From a bacterium (GTDB taxonomy: Bacteria; CLD3; SB21), in contig JABWCP010000005.1 in NCBI GenBank assembly GCA_013360215.1, positions 62,001 to 126,000 on the forward strand: a stretch of DNA of 64,000 bases, given 5' to 3'. This document shows positions 40,886-50,220 of the stretch, one piece after another (the first letter of the stretch is position 1; every line of letters starts with the position of its first letter). The notes beneath the pieces are model-generated. The model worked only from the letters and a program-made list of their open reading frames with translations. It did not search any database and was not told the origin of the DNA. The position numbers and the translations under genes are program-made.

Positions 40886-42601
40886 ATGTTACGACCTAAA
40901 TTACTGGATACGCTGAAAGACTATAATCGCGAACGCTTTATTGCGGATCTGAGCGCAGGCACTATAGTCGGCGTGGTAGCTTTACCGCTCGCCATAGCTT
41001 TTGCTATCGCATCGGGCGTTTCACCGGAACGCGGTTTATACACAGCGATCATCGCCGGTTTTTTGATTTCATTTTTAAGCGGCAGCAAAGTTCAGATCGG
41101 CGGCCCGACCGGGGCTTTCGTCGTGATCGTATATGGTATTGTAGAAAAATACGGCATTGACGGATTGATCATCGCCACGATCATGGCCGGGGTGATATTG
41201 ATTCTAATGGGGCTTGCTAAATTTGGCGGCCTTATCAAATATATTCCGCATCCGATCATCACCGGTTTTACATCCGGTATCGCCGTTATCATCTTCTCAA
41301 CACAAATTCGAGATTTTTTCGGCTTAACAATAGACAAAGTACCCGGTGATTTTGTAGAGAAATGGGCATCGTATATTGAACATGGATCCTCCATCAATTT
41401 TTATGCGTTTGGTATCGGCATCGCTACCCTATTAATTATCGTTTTTTGGTCACGCTTTTCACAAAAAATCCCGGGCTCATTGGCGGCTTTGATCATTTCG
41501 ACGTGTGTCGTTTATTTTTTTCAATTGCCCGTAGATACGATTCATACCCGCTTTGGTGAAATTCCGTCTTCATTACCTGCGCCTATTTTCCCCAATATTC
41601 AATGGTCTACGATCACAGCCCTCATTATGCCAGCGACGACGATCGCTTTACTGGGCGCGATCGAATCATTGCTCTGTGCTGTTGTTGCCGACGGTATGAT
41701 CGGTGACCGACATCGCTCCAATATGGAACTCATCGCGCAAGGCCTCGCCAATATAGTTACACCTTTTTTCGGAGGCATCCCTGCGACGGGCGCCATCGCA
41801 CGTACGGCGACCAATATCCGCAACGGAGGCCGGACACCGATCGCCGGTATTATCCACGCGCTGATCTTACTGATGATCTTGTTGATTTTTGGGAAATGGG
41901 CAGCTCTTATTCCTTTGCCTTGTCTGGCAGCCATCCTGATTTACGTTGCGTATAATATGAGTGAACATACAGCGTTTATGGCTATTATTCGCGGCCCTCG
42001 AACGGATGTGATCGTTTTGCTTACTACGTTTGCGCTGACCGTATTGGTTGATCTTACCGTGGCCATCGAAATCGGGATGATCCTCGCCGCATTTTTATTT
42101 ATGAAGCAGATGGCCGACGTTACACGTATTCAGGTGATCAAGTCTGATTTGGATGATCATGACGAGCCCCCCGACACACAAGCTGTCAAGGACAAACGCA
42201 TACCCCAGGGTGTGCAGGTTTTTGAAATCAACGGTCCGTTCTTTTTCGGCTCGGTTTATAAATTTCAGGAACACTTTGATTTTGCCAGACGGCACACGCG
42301 CGTATTGATTCTTCGCATGCGTGCCGTGCCCTATGTTGACGCGGGAGGGCTTCACGCGTTACGTGAAATGATGAATCATTGCCGAAAAGATAAAGTTTAT
42401 TTCTTGATCGCCGAGATACATACGCAACCGCTCATCGCCGTCGAGCAATCCGGCCTGATGCAAACCATGGGCGAAGATTATTATTTCGGCAATCTTGACG
42501 AAGCCCTGGCGGCAGCCGGCGAATTGATAAAAGCACAACCGGCTGAAAACACGGAATCTTTGCATCGTTATATGCATGAAATCCGTGAAGGCCAAAAGTA
42601 A
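40886..42601 (+). CDS. sulP: SulP family anion permease with STAS domain
   Basis: ALPLAIAFA; GGPTGAF; ESLLCA; ELIAQGLAN; PATGAIARTATN; C-terminal STAS GPFFFG. Confidence 0.93.
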   Translation: MLRPKLLDTLKDYNRERFIADLSAGTIVGVVALPLAIAFAIASGVSPERGLYTAIIAGFLISFLSGSKVQIGGPTGAFVVIVYGIVEKYGIDGLIIATIMAGVILILMGLAKFGGLIKYIPHPIITGFTSGIAVIIFSTQIRDFFGLTIDKVPGDFVEKWASYIEHGSSINFYAFGIGIATLLIIVFWSRFSQKIPGSLAALIISTCVVYFFQLPVDTIHTRFGEIPSSLPAPIFPNIQWSTITALIMPATTIALLGAIESLLCAVVADGMIGDRHRSNMELIAQGLANIVTPFFGGIPATGAIARTATNIRNGGRTPIAGIIHALILLMILLIFGKWAALIPLPCLAAILIYVAYNMSEHTAFMAIIRGPRTDVIVLLTTFALTVLVDLTVAIEIGMILAAFLFMKQMADVTRIQVIKSDLDDHDEPPDTQAVKDKRIPQGVQVFEINGPFFFGSVYKFQEHFDFARRHTRVLILRMRAVPYVDAGGLHALREMMNHCRKDKVYFLIAEIHTQPLIAVEQSGLMQTMGEDYYFGNLDEALAAAGELIKAQPAENTESLHRYMHEIREGQK

Positions 42602-42860
42602 AAACAATTAGATTTTGGCCCGTAAAACGACGAATTTGATCCTAACCACAATAAAAATCTATCCCAAAGGAGGCCGATATTATAAATGATCCTCCTATAC
42701 AGAGGAGTATTGTATTTGATTTTTAAATTTCATAAAAACTTACAGTCTTTCTCACCTTCATTAATTTGATCTCCCCGACAATCAATGTGGTAAAATAAGG
42801 TCTGACTATAGAACACAACAATTAATGTTTTTTCAATTGTTCAAATTATGAGGGAAAAAT

Positions 42861-44930
42861 ATGACAATCGAAGATGCTCTAATAATACTCGAAATTAATG
42901 AACCACACCCCAATCTTAATCAGATCAAGTCCGCTTATCGTGTTCTTGCTAGAAAATATCATCCGGATAAAACCGGAACAAAAGATGCATCAAAATTCAT
43001 CTTAATCAATGCAGCATATGAGCTACTGAAAGATCACTTTGCTTTTGGATATTCTTCCTATGAACACGAAAAATGTGACGCAGAATTTGAAACAGAAAGT
43101 GATATATCTGCGCGATTGCGCGAAATTGAGAAAGCTTTTGAATTATTGCAACGAAGTTATGAAGAGTATCACAATGCGGTCTTTGCAAATATAGAGAATC
43201 AAATAATTGAAGTGCTTAATAGCTACACAACCAATTCTCAACTTAAGAATCATTTTCCTAGTTATTTTTCTGACGTTACAACGAATGGGTTACAAAATAT
43301 CGTTGTTTGGTTTAATGAGAATTTTGCAAGCATGGCAAAGTCTTATGACACTTGGATTAACGGATATTTGAAATCTGTATACGAGCAGCTTCAGGCTCAA
43401 GAGACTGCGCTATGGCGAAAATCACCCTTTTTAAGAAAAACTATTAAAATTAGTTTTTTTGTTAGTTTGATTAGCGTTCCAATTGGAATCTATTTAAATA
43501 ACAATCTACTACTTTTGTTGTTTCCAATTTACTTTGGAATACCCGCCGGCATAATTAAGTATTTCCGTTCAGTCAGATCGAGCTTTAGTATAGAGGAAAG
43601 AGTTATTAGATTAGATCATAATAAATTCAGGCTCTCTCCAGAACAAGCACAACTTTATGTAGGTGAAGAGGTATCTCAAAAAGAAACTTCTCAACTTGGA
43701 GCTGTAAGCGGTGCAGCTCTTGGATTGGCTGTTGGCGGACCGATTGGAGCTGTCATCGGAGGCGCGCTGGGAGGCCTTTTCGGTAGCATGTTTGGTGAGT
43801 CACTTGATGAACTTAAAAACAAAGTATATTCTCAGGCAAACATCAGACTTGTTGAGATCAATTCATTTATTTTAGAAAGATTGAACAATGAGATACCAAA
43901 AATTTATTCCGAATTAATAAATTCAGTAAAGGAAAACTACTCAAAGAATAAAAAAAACGCCGTTAATCTTTTGTTGACATACAATACTACTTATAATAAG
44001 ACGCATGCCTATAAAATCGAAAAAGACCACCCAATGATAAATATTGACTTTACGGACATGATATATGTAGTCTTACTTGCCTGTTTTTTCTTATCATTCA
44101 CAGTATATATTTCTGAGAAGAATAGTTTACGCAAGCTATCATTAACAGCACCATCAACCGTTGATGTTAGAAATAATCTCCAAAATGAAGTAATGAGTTT
44201 CATTTCTACCCATCTTAATTTTGAAGCCAAACAAGAAATTGAATCATATATAAATGATTACGAAGAGGTTGTTGATTATTATTCAACATCAAAAGTGACA
44301 AAAAATCAAATCAAGCAACTCAAACTGGCATTTTACAAAAAATGGCCGATGGTTTCATACAACCTTGATCGCAAAACGTTTCGAATTAATGAAGAAGGTG
44401 GTCAAATTCGAATATTCTTCAATTATCATTTTATTGTTGGAAATGACATTGAAAAAAGGGAGGGGGTAGCCGAAAATGAAATGGAAATTTATTTCAAGAA
44501 TGGAGTAATAAAAATCATAGCCGAAGAACAAAAAATATTACACACTGAGAACAAAACTACAAAGAACGAAAAGTACATTGAACCTATCGATAATTACTCA
44601 ATTAACTTTCGAGATCCAAAAGAGGTAATACGAGCATTTTATCTCTTTGTTGAAAAAAAGAAACCAGGTGAAGCTGTTTTGCTTTATGCTGAGGCTAAGA
44701 AAGAAAAAGTAAATAAAAAACTTATTGATGCTGTATCTACAGACACAGAATACTACAAAATAGAATCAATGATTGTTAACTACGAAAACGATGTTGAATG
44801 TGAAGTTAGCGTTTATCTTTTTCATAAAAAACATAACGCTCAAGAAGAGTACTGGGCTATTAATGTCAAATTAATTAAAGAATCTGATTTATGGAAAATT
44901 TGGAGCACTCCGGGAAAACAAATTTATTGA
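42861..44930 (+). CDS. DnaJ (J-domain) membrane protein with glycine zipper and NTF2-like C-terminal domains
   Basis: IKSAYRVLARKYHPDK...FILINAAYELL; TM segments; GAVSGAALGLAVGGPIGAVIGGALGGLFG; visibly AT-rich relative to flanks. Confidence 0.75.
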   Translation: MTIEDALIILEINEPHPNLNQIKSAYRVLARKYHPDKTGTKDASKFILINAAYELLKDHFAFGYSSYEHEKCDAEFETESDISARLREIEKAFELLQRSYEEYHNAVFANIENQIIEVLNSYTTNSQLKNHFPSYFSDVTTNGLQNIVVWFNENFASMAKSYDTWINGYLKSVYEQLQAQETALWRKSPFLRKTIKISFFVSLISVPIGIYLNNNLLLLLFPIYFGIPAGIIKYFRSVRSSFSIEERVIRLDHNKFRLSPEQAQLYVGEEVSQKETSQLGAVSGAALGLAVGGPIGAVIGGALGGLFGSMFGESLDELKNKVYSQANIRLVEINSFILERLNNEIPKIYSELINSVKENYSKNKKNAVNLLLTYNTTYNKTHAYKIEKDHPMINIDFTDMIYVVLLACFFLSFTVYISEKNSLRKLSLTAPSTVDVRNNLQNEVMSFISTHLNFEAKQEIESYINDYEEVVDYYSTSKVTKNQIKQLKLAFYKKWPMVSYNLDRKTFRINEEGGQIRIFFNYHFIVGNDIEKREGVAENEMEIYFKNGVIKIIAEEQKILHTENKTTKNEKYIEPIDNYSINFRDPKEVIRAFYLFVEKKKPGEAVLLYAEAKKEKVNKKLIDAVSTDTEYYKIESMIVNYENDVECEVSVYLFHKKHNAQEEYWAINVKLIKESDLWKIWSTPGKQIY

Positions 44931-45063
44931 CTTGCAAACTATTATTCGGACGAGAGAGTGCAAGCAACTCGCCTCGCATCATAGAAGTTCATAGTTCATA
45001 TAAAACTAAACATCATGGATGATGATTTTTCAATAAATTAGTAGTCATTTAAAAATTAAGGAA

Positions 45064-45912
45064 ATGCCTATGACGTCTAAATTTACACTCTTTGCGTTGG
45101 TAATGGTCGTTTTTGCGCAAATGACTCATGCACAGGATACAACATGGCAGCGTGGCGGTGCAGCCAGTATCAACTTTAGTCAGGTACAGCTCAAGGATTG
45201 GGGCGGCGGCGGCGATAACTCGCTTGCGCTGAATTCACTTTTGAGCTTGTTTGCTAATTATCACTTTGAAAAAACGCGCTGGGAAAATTCTTTGGAACTG
45301 GGTTACGGTATCGTCAAACAGGGCGATGCCGGTACACGTAAAGCGGATGATAAGATCATTTATGTGTCCAAATACAATCGCGATTTCGTTGGCCCGTGGA
45401 AATATTCGGCATTATTGGATTTTCGTACACAATTTGCCAACGGCTATGATTACAGCGTACCCGATTCGTTACGTAAACCTATTTCCAAATTTATGTCGCC
45501 GGCAGCGCTCACCATCGCACTCGGTGCGGACTATCGTCCCAACGATAAGTTTTCAGCACTTATATCTCCCGTGACGGGCAAGGCAACTTTCGTTCTCGAC
45601 AAGCGCCTGTCTGACCTTGGATCGTTTGGCGTAAAAAAGGGTGACAAAGTTTATACTGAATTCGGTTGGTTTATCAACAGTGTTTACAAAACGCCCCTGA
45701 TGACCGGCATTGATTTTACATCCAAAATAAACATGTTCTCAAGTTACAAAAAAATCAAAGAAGTTGATGTCAACTGGGAAAACCTGATTCTGATGAAGGT
45801 GAATGAATATGTCAGCGCCAATTTGACGGCACAATTTGTTTACGATAAGGATGTTTCCAACAAATGGCAGATCAAAGAAGTTTTTGGCGCCGGACTACTG
45901 TACAAATTTTAA
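45064..45912 (+). CDS. DUF3078-like outer-membrane beta-barrel protein
   Basis: Signal peptide; NFSQV..W..GGDNS; DFRTQFANGY; FMSPA; C-terminal YKF. Confidence 0.8.
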   Translation: MPMTSKFTLFALVMVVFAQMTHAQDTTWQRGGAASINFSQVQLKDWGGGGDNSLALNSLLSLFANYHFEKTRWENSLELGYGIVKQGDAGTRKADDKIIYVSKYNRDFVGPWKYSALLDFRTQFANGYDYSVPDSLRKPISKFMSPAALTIALGADYRPNDKFSALISPVTGKATFVLDKRLSDLGSFGVKKGDKVYTEFGWFINSVYKTPLMTGIDFTSKINMFSSYKKIKEVDVNWENLILMKVNEYVSANLTAQFVYDKDVSNKWQIKEVFGAGLLYKF

Positions 45913-45944
45913 CCGCTCGGCCAACATAACGAGGAGAATATCGT

Positions 45945-46346
45945 ATGGGTATGATGCAGGAATTTAAGCAATTTGCTTCGCGCGGCAATGTTGTCGATCT
46001 TGCCGTAGGTATCATCATCGGCGGTGCTTTCGGAAAAATCGTTTCATCGGCCGTGAGCGATCTGCTAATGCCTCCGCTCGGATGGATGATCGGCGGGCTC
46101 AGTTTTACGGATTTGAAATTTACGTTCAAAACGGAGTTGCTTGATGTAAAACCGGTTACCATCAATTACGGAAATTTTTTGCAAACGTGTGTGGATTTTT
46201 TGATCGTGGCTTTTGCCGTGTTTCTTCTGATCAAAGCGATGAACCGCTTTCATCAGAAACAGGAAACAGCACCGGCTGCACCTCCGGCACCAAGCAAACA
46301 AGAATTGCTGCTCGAAGAAATCAGAGACTTACTCAAAAAGAAATAA
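45945..46346 (+). CDS. mscL: Large-conductance mechanosensitive channel
   Basis: [44 protein letters not shown]. Confidence 0.97.
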   Translation: MGMMQEFKQFASRGNVVDLAVGIIIGGAFGKIVSSAVSDLLMPPLGWMIGGLSFTDLKFTFKTELLDVKPVTINYGNFLQTCVDFLIVAFAVFLLIKAMNRFHQKQETAPAAPPAPSKQELLLEEIRDLLKKK

Positions 46347-46367
46347 AAAACTTGGACTCATTGTATG

Positions 46368-46397
46368 GGAGCGGATTCGTGCCGCTCCTCATATTTT
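46368..46397 (+). terminator. Possible terminator hairpin after mscL
   Basis: GGAGCGG-N7-CCGCTCC stem; weak, displaced T tract. Confidence 0.4.
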
Positions 46398-46416
46398 AAA
46401 ACGCTTTCGCAAAACT

Positions 46417-47028
46417 ATGGAAATCCGAGAACTAACCGTTGACGATATCGCACAAGCGGCGCGTATCTCTGTCGAGTCGTTTGACGACTACAATATCGTT
46501 ATGAGCAAAATGGGAGAAATTTATCTTCGGACTGTTTTTTTTCCCGCTATAGTTCAACGCCAAGATACGGGTGCGATGGGCGCATTCCAAGACGGGAAAA
46601 TGCTCGGCTATTACTGTTATATGCTCGATTTCCATCGTTTTCATGCCGATCTGCAAAATAAGAACTTTTTTCGAAACGTCCGTTTTACGCTTTCAGCTAT
46701 GATGCGCGGACGGTTGAGCATAAAAGATCTCTATAACGTATTTCGTGCCGGAGCATGGATTCGGCGTGAAACAGCCCATATACCCGTGCAAGTCGGGCCG
46801 GTTGCGGTAGCGCGGGACATCAAAGGCACTCCGACCGGAGGTATGGTGACTTTTACGGTTGTGCGCGCCGTATTAAAAAAGTTGCAACAACAAGGGATCA
46901 AAGCGTGTTGGAGTACCGTGGATTTACGCAATCCTTCCCAGCATGTATCTACCGCCGTCGGATTTCACGAAAAATCACGTATCAAGTTATGGGGTATCGA
47001 AGAAGCGCTGCACGTAAAGGAATTTTAA
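46417..47028 (+). CDS. Hypothetical protein, probable GNAT fold
   Basis: MEIRELTVDDI start; AVARDIKG; VDLRNPS...GF pattern resembling degenerate GNAT motifs A/B. Confidence 0.55.
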   Translation: MEIRELTVDDIAQAARISVESFDDYNIVMSKMGEIYLRTVFFPAIVQRQDTGAMGAFQDGKMLGYYCYMLDFHRFHADLQNKNFFRNVRFTLSAMMRGRLSIKDLYNVFRAGAWIRRETAHIPVQVGPVAVARDIKGTPTGGMVTFTVVRAVLKKLQQQGIKACWSTVDLRNPSQHVSTAVGFHEKSRIKLWGIEEALHVKEF

Positions 47029-47030
47029 TT

Positions 47031-47477
47031 TCAATGCGATTGTAGCCAATACATCGCACTGATGCTTTTTTCAAACATACCGTATTCTACGATATCTTGT
47101 TTTTCTAAATATGAAGCAATGGCCAAATGCAACAAATGCTGTTCATTAACAATGACGGCAAACGATTTCACACCGCATTGAGCCATCGCCGGAAGCCAAA
47201 ACTGAAAGCTCCATTTCAGATCTTCTTTATTAATATTTTCAATACTGTTCAGATTCCAAATACACCGGGACAAGCTTTCCTTACGTACAAGAAACAATAC
47301 CTGACGTAAAATCTGTTTATACGTTTCACCGGTTACAAGGTTTTTCCATTCTAACATGGCGGCATTAGCCTCTTCGTCTCTGTGAATAAGCGCCCAAGGC
47401 GAATTGATGAATAATGCCGACGGCCCGGCGGATGAATTTAATCGCAGTTGGTTTGTCATTGTATTAATATGGATCAA
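47031..47477 (-). CDS. Hypothetical protein, possible SpoIIAA/STAS-SEC14-like
   Basis: Pattern W...W.P.M...GVK.FAVIV...F....A..WL resembles small STAS/SEC14-like proteins of FCB bacteria. Confidence 0.5.
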   Translation of the reverse strand: MIHINTMTNQLRLNSSAGPSALFINSPWALIHRDEEANAAMLEWKNLVTGETYKQILRQVLFLVRKESLSRCIWNLNSIENINKEDLKWSFQFWLPAMAQCGVKSFAVIVNEQHLLHLAIASYLEKQDIVEYGMFEKSISAMYWLQSH

Positions 47478-47615
47478 ACCTCTCGGCGAAACAACCTACA
47501 TCATTGTGTGGGTACACATAAATACGTTTTATGAATCTGTAGGTGAAAATTTGATTTCTAAACCAAATTACCATAGTTTTTTATGTTATTCTTATGTGCG
47601 CTGTAAACACACAAC

Positions 47616-48086
47616 ATGAAAAACCACAAAGACAAATATATCCATCACACACCGGTAACCGATGCGCTTTTCGCATTACTGACCGCTCGTTTAGCAAACC
47701 ACCCGGCTAACAGTTTGCTTGGATTTTCTTTGGAAGAACTACGCGAGTTGTATGCCTGCCTGCGGCTTACGCACCGTGAGGCTATCACCAATGGCCCGCG
47801 AAGTCATGGTACGATCCACGGCGGCATCGTCGCTGCATTGGCCGATACGGCGGCGGCTTTTGCATTGTCCACCGCATTTGAGGGAAAGATGAGTTTTGCT
47901 ACGGTGGACTTGCATATTACCTACCTTTCACGCGCTAAAAGTACTATCTTTGCCCATGCCGTCGTTATCCGTCGCGGCGCGCGAATCAATGTTTGTGAAG
48001 TTAAAATAACAGACGAATCCGATGCACTTGTCGCCACGGCGACGGTCAATTTTATACTGACTAAACCTCCGGAAACCAAATCATAA
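47616..48086 (+). CDS. PaaI family hot-dog thioesterase
   Basis: GTIHGGIVAALADTAA; TVDLHITYL. Confidence 0.9.
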   Translation: MKNHKDKYIHHTPVTDALFALLTARLANHPANSLLGFSLEELRELYACLRLTHREAITNGPRSHGTIHGGIVAALADTAAAFALSTAFEGKMSFATVDLHITYLSRAKSTIFAHAVVIRRGARINVCEVKITDESDALVATATVNFILTKPPETKS

Positions 48087-48088
48087 CC

Positions 48089-49099
48089 ATGCAAAACAAC
48101 GATATAAATTCTTTTTTCCCTCCGTTTAAAGCCTGGTTTATGGTGTATCGAATTCTGGCGGTATTGGTATGGGCCGTATTGACCATTGTACTGAGTGCCT
48201 CGCTGGCGCTATATCAGACAGGAACGATTGATTGGGTCAATTTTTTACTTACAGCCGCTATCGCTTCTGTTGTCCAAGGATTCCCGGCACATATTGTCAA
48301 CGAAATCACCGATTGGAAAAGCGGCGCCGACCAATATCGCAAACTCGGTGAAAAATCCGGCGGCGGAAAAGTAATAAAAGCCGGCTTGGCCACTATTACC
48401 CAATTATGGCATATTTTTGATGTGACCACGATTGTTGCACTTGGTTTGATGTTCGGACTGTCGCAACGCACTTCACCTGAAATTTTTTGGTTTTTCGGAA
48501 TCGGATATTTCGTGTGTTTATTTTACACATTACCTCCGTTACAGTTTGCTTACAGACCTTTTGCCGGAGAATGGTTCGGCGGTTTTACAGGAATTTTTCT
48601 CAATATGACCGGCGCCTATTTCGTTCAGACCGGCCAATTGGATAGCGCTATTATTCTAATGGCCGTAATAACCGGATTGATTTATATCGCGATTATGATG
48701 GTTTTCCATTATCTCGACTACGAAAGCGATCGTCATGCGACGCCTGTAAAATGTACAACCATAGTCTTTCTCGGCTTAAAACAAAGCAAGTTCTATGTGC
48801 TTGGATTATTGACGCTGTCTTTCTTGTTATCTTCTGCTGCCGGTTGGATAATTCATCCGTTGTTTTATTTATTTAGCCTGCTTTCACTCGTTCATTTCGG
48901 CATTCATTATGTTTGTAATCCGTTCGAAGAAGCATCCATTCTAAAAACCGGAAAACGCCTAACCTACCTTATGATCGCTTTCACGGTCAGTATTTCGGTT
49001 GTTGTGCATCTGTATTTCATCGGTCTGATTCTTTTTACGGTTTTGTGTTTTGTACTGCATAAAAAATTTGGAAAATTAGGTCCCTCTCATGCGGTTTGA
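48089..49099 (+). CDS. UbiA-family prenyltransferase, MenA-like
   Basis: NEITDWKSGAD; YTLPPLQFAYRPFAGE; DYESD; multiple TM helices. Confidence 0.8.
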   Translation: MQNNDINSFFPPFKAWFMVYRILAVLVWAVLTIVLSASLALYQTGTIDWVNFLLTAAIASVVQGFPAHIVNEITDWKSGADQYRKLGEKSGGGKVIKAGLATITQLWHIFDVTTIVALGLMFGLSQRTSPEIFWFFGIGYFVCLFYTLPPLQFAYRPFAGEWFGGFTGIFLNMTGAYFVQTGQLDSAIILMAVITGLIYIAIMMVFHYLDYESDRHATPVKCTTIVFLGLKQSKFYVLGLLTLSFLLSSAAGWIIHPLFYLFSLLSLVHFGIHYVCNPFEEASILKTGKRLTYLMIAFTVSISVVVHLYFIGLILFTVLCFVLHKKFGKLGPSHAV

Positions 49100-50186
49100 A
49101 TATTCACAATTTATGCCGGGACCGTCGAATCACAAAATGAAGTTCGACGATCTGATGAAAATCTTTAATCAGCTCTTACTGCTAACGGACGGTGACGTAA
49201 GCAAAGCTCTGAGCTATATGACGCAGATCGATCGTCAGTATCATATCTTTAACGAAGATATGGATTTTCAGAAATTTTATGATCGTCTTGTCCAGGAAGG
49301 GTATATCGAAGAATCCCAAGATGGCAGCGCTCCCGTCCTTTCGCCTAAAGGTGAACGGAAAATCCGACAGGATTCTCTGGACGAGATTTTTTCATCTCTC
49401 AAAAAATCGCCCGGCGGCATGCATGAAACGAATCACACGGGCGAAGGCGTTGAACGCTTGAGCGAAACCAAACCTTATCAGTACGGCGATCCCCCGTCCA
49501 ATATTGATTTTATGGCAACGATGAACAATGCCATGAAACGAAAACGCGGAGAGGACATCGAACTTCGTGAAGATGATTTTGAAGTGTATGAAACCGAACA
49601 CAAATCTACCTGCGCTACGGTATTGGCCATTGATATCAGTCACAGCATGATTTTATACGGTGAAGACCGCATCACTCCGGCCAAAAAAGTGGCTTTGGCG
49701 TTGACGGAACTTATACTCACGCGTTATCCCAAAGACAGTCTAGATGTGATTACGTTTGGCGATGAAGCAGCACAGATTGATCTCGAAGACATTCCCTATA
49801 TTCATGTCGGCCCTTATCACACCAATACCAAAGAAGCGCTCCAGTTGGCAAGGCAAATCCTGCGAAAGCGACGCAATCAAAACAAGCAGGTTTTTATGAT
49901 TACCGACGGGAAACCGTCATGTATTCGCGAAGAAGGTAAACTGTATAAAAATTCGTTTGGTTTGGATCGCAAAATCGTCAATCAAACGCTCAACGAAGCG
50001 GCACAATGCAAAAAAGATAATATCGTGATTTCGACATTTATGATCGCCGATGATCCTTACCTGACACGCTTTGTAGATACACTCACCAAAACCAACAAAG
50101 GCCGTGCGTTTTATGCAGGCCTCAACGAACTCGGGCAATACATATTCGTGGACTACATCAAAAACCGAAAAAAGAATGTTCGATAG
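49089..50186 (+). CDS. VWA domain-containing protein
   Basis: MIDAS DISHS...TNT...MITDGKP; overlaps the upstream gene by 11 nt. Confidence 0.9.
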   Translation: MRFEYSQFMPGPSNHKMKFDDLMKIFNQLLLLTDGDVSKALSYMTQIDRQYHIFNEDMDFQKFYDRLVQEGYIEESQDGSAPVLSPKGERKIRQDSLDEIFSSLKKSPGGMHETNHTGEGVERLSETKPYQYGDPPSNIDFMATMNNAMKRKRGEDIELREDDFEVYETEHKSTCATVLAIDISHSMILYGEDRITPAKKVALALTELILTRYPKDSLDVITFGDEAAQIDLEDIPYIHVGPYHTNTKEALQLARQILRKRRNQNKQVFMITDGKPSCIREEGKLYKNSFGLDRKIVNQTLNEAAQCKKDNIVISTFMIADDPYLTRFVDTLTKTNKGRAFYAGLNELGQYIFVDYIKNRKKNVR

Positions 50187-50220
50187 TTTAGGATGAAATC
50201 GAAAGTGCTGCTAAACTAGA

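Noticed and set aside
44931-45063. Short inverted repeat (CTTGCA...TGCAAG) after the AT-rich gene, considered as an integron attC
   Set aside because: No RYYYAAC/GTTRRRY core pair with attC spacing and no integrase
47495-47550. ACCTACA...TGTAGGT possible structured RNA in a divergent intergenic region
   Set aside because: Short AT-rich stems can arise by chance; no riboswitch consensus recognised
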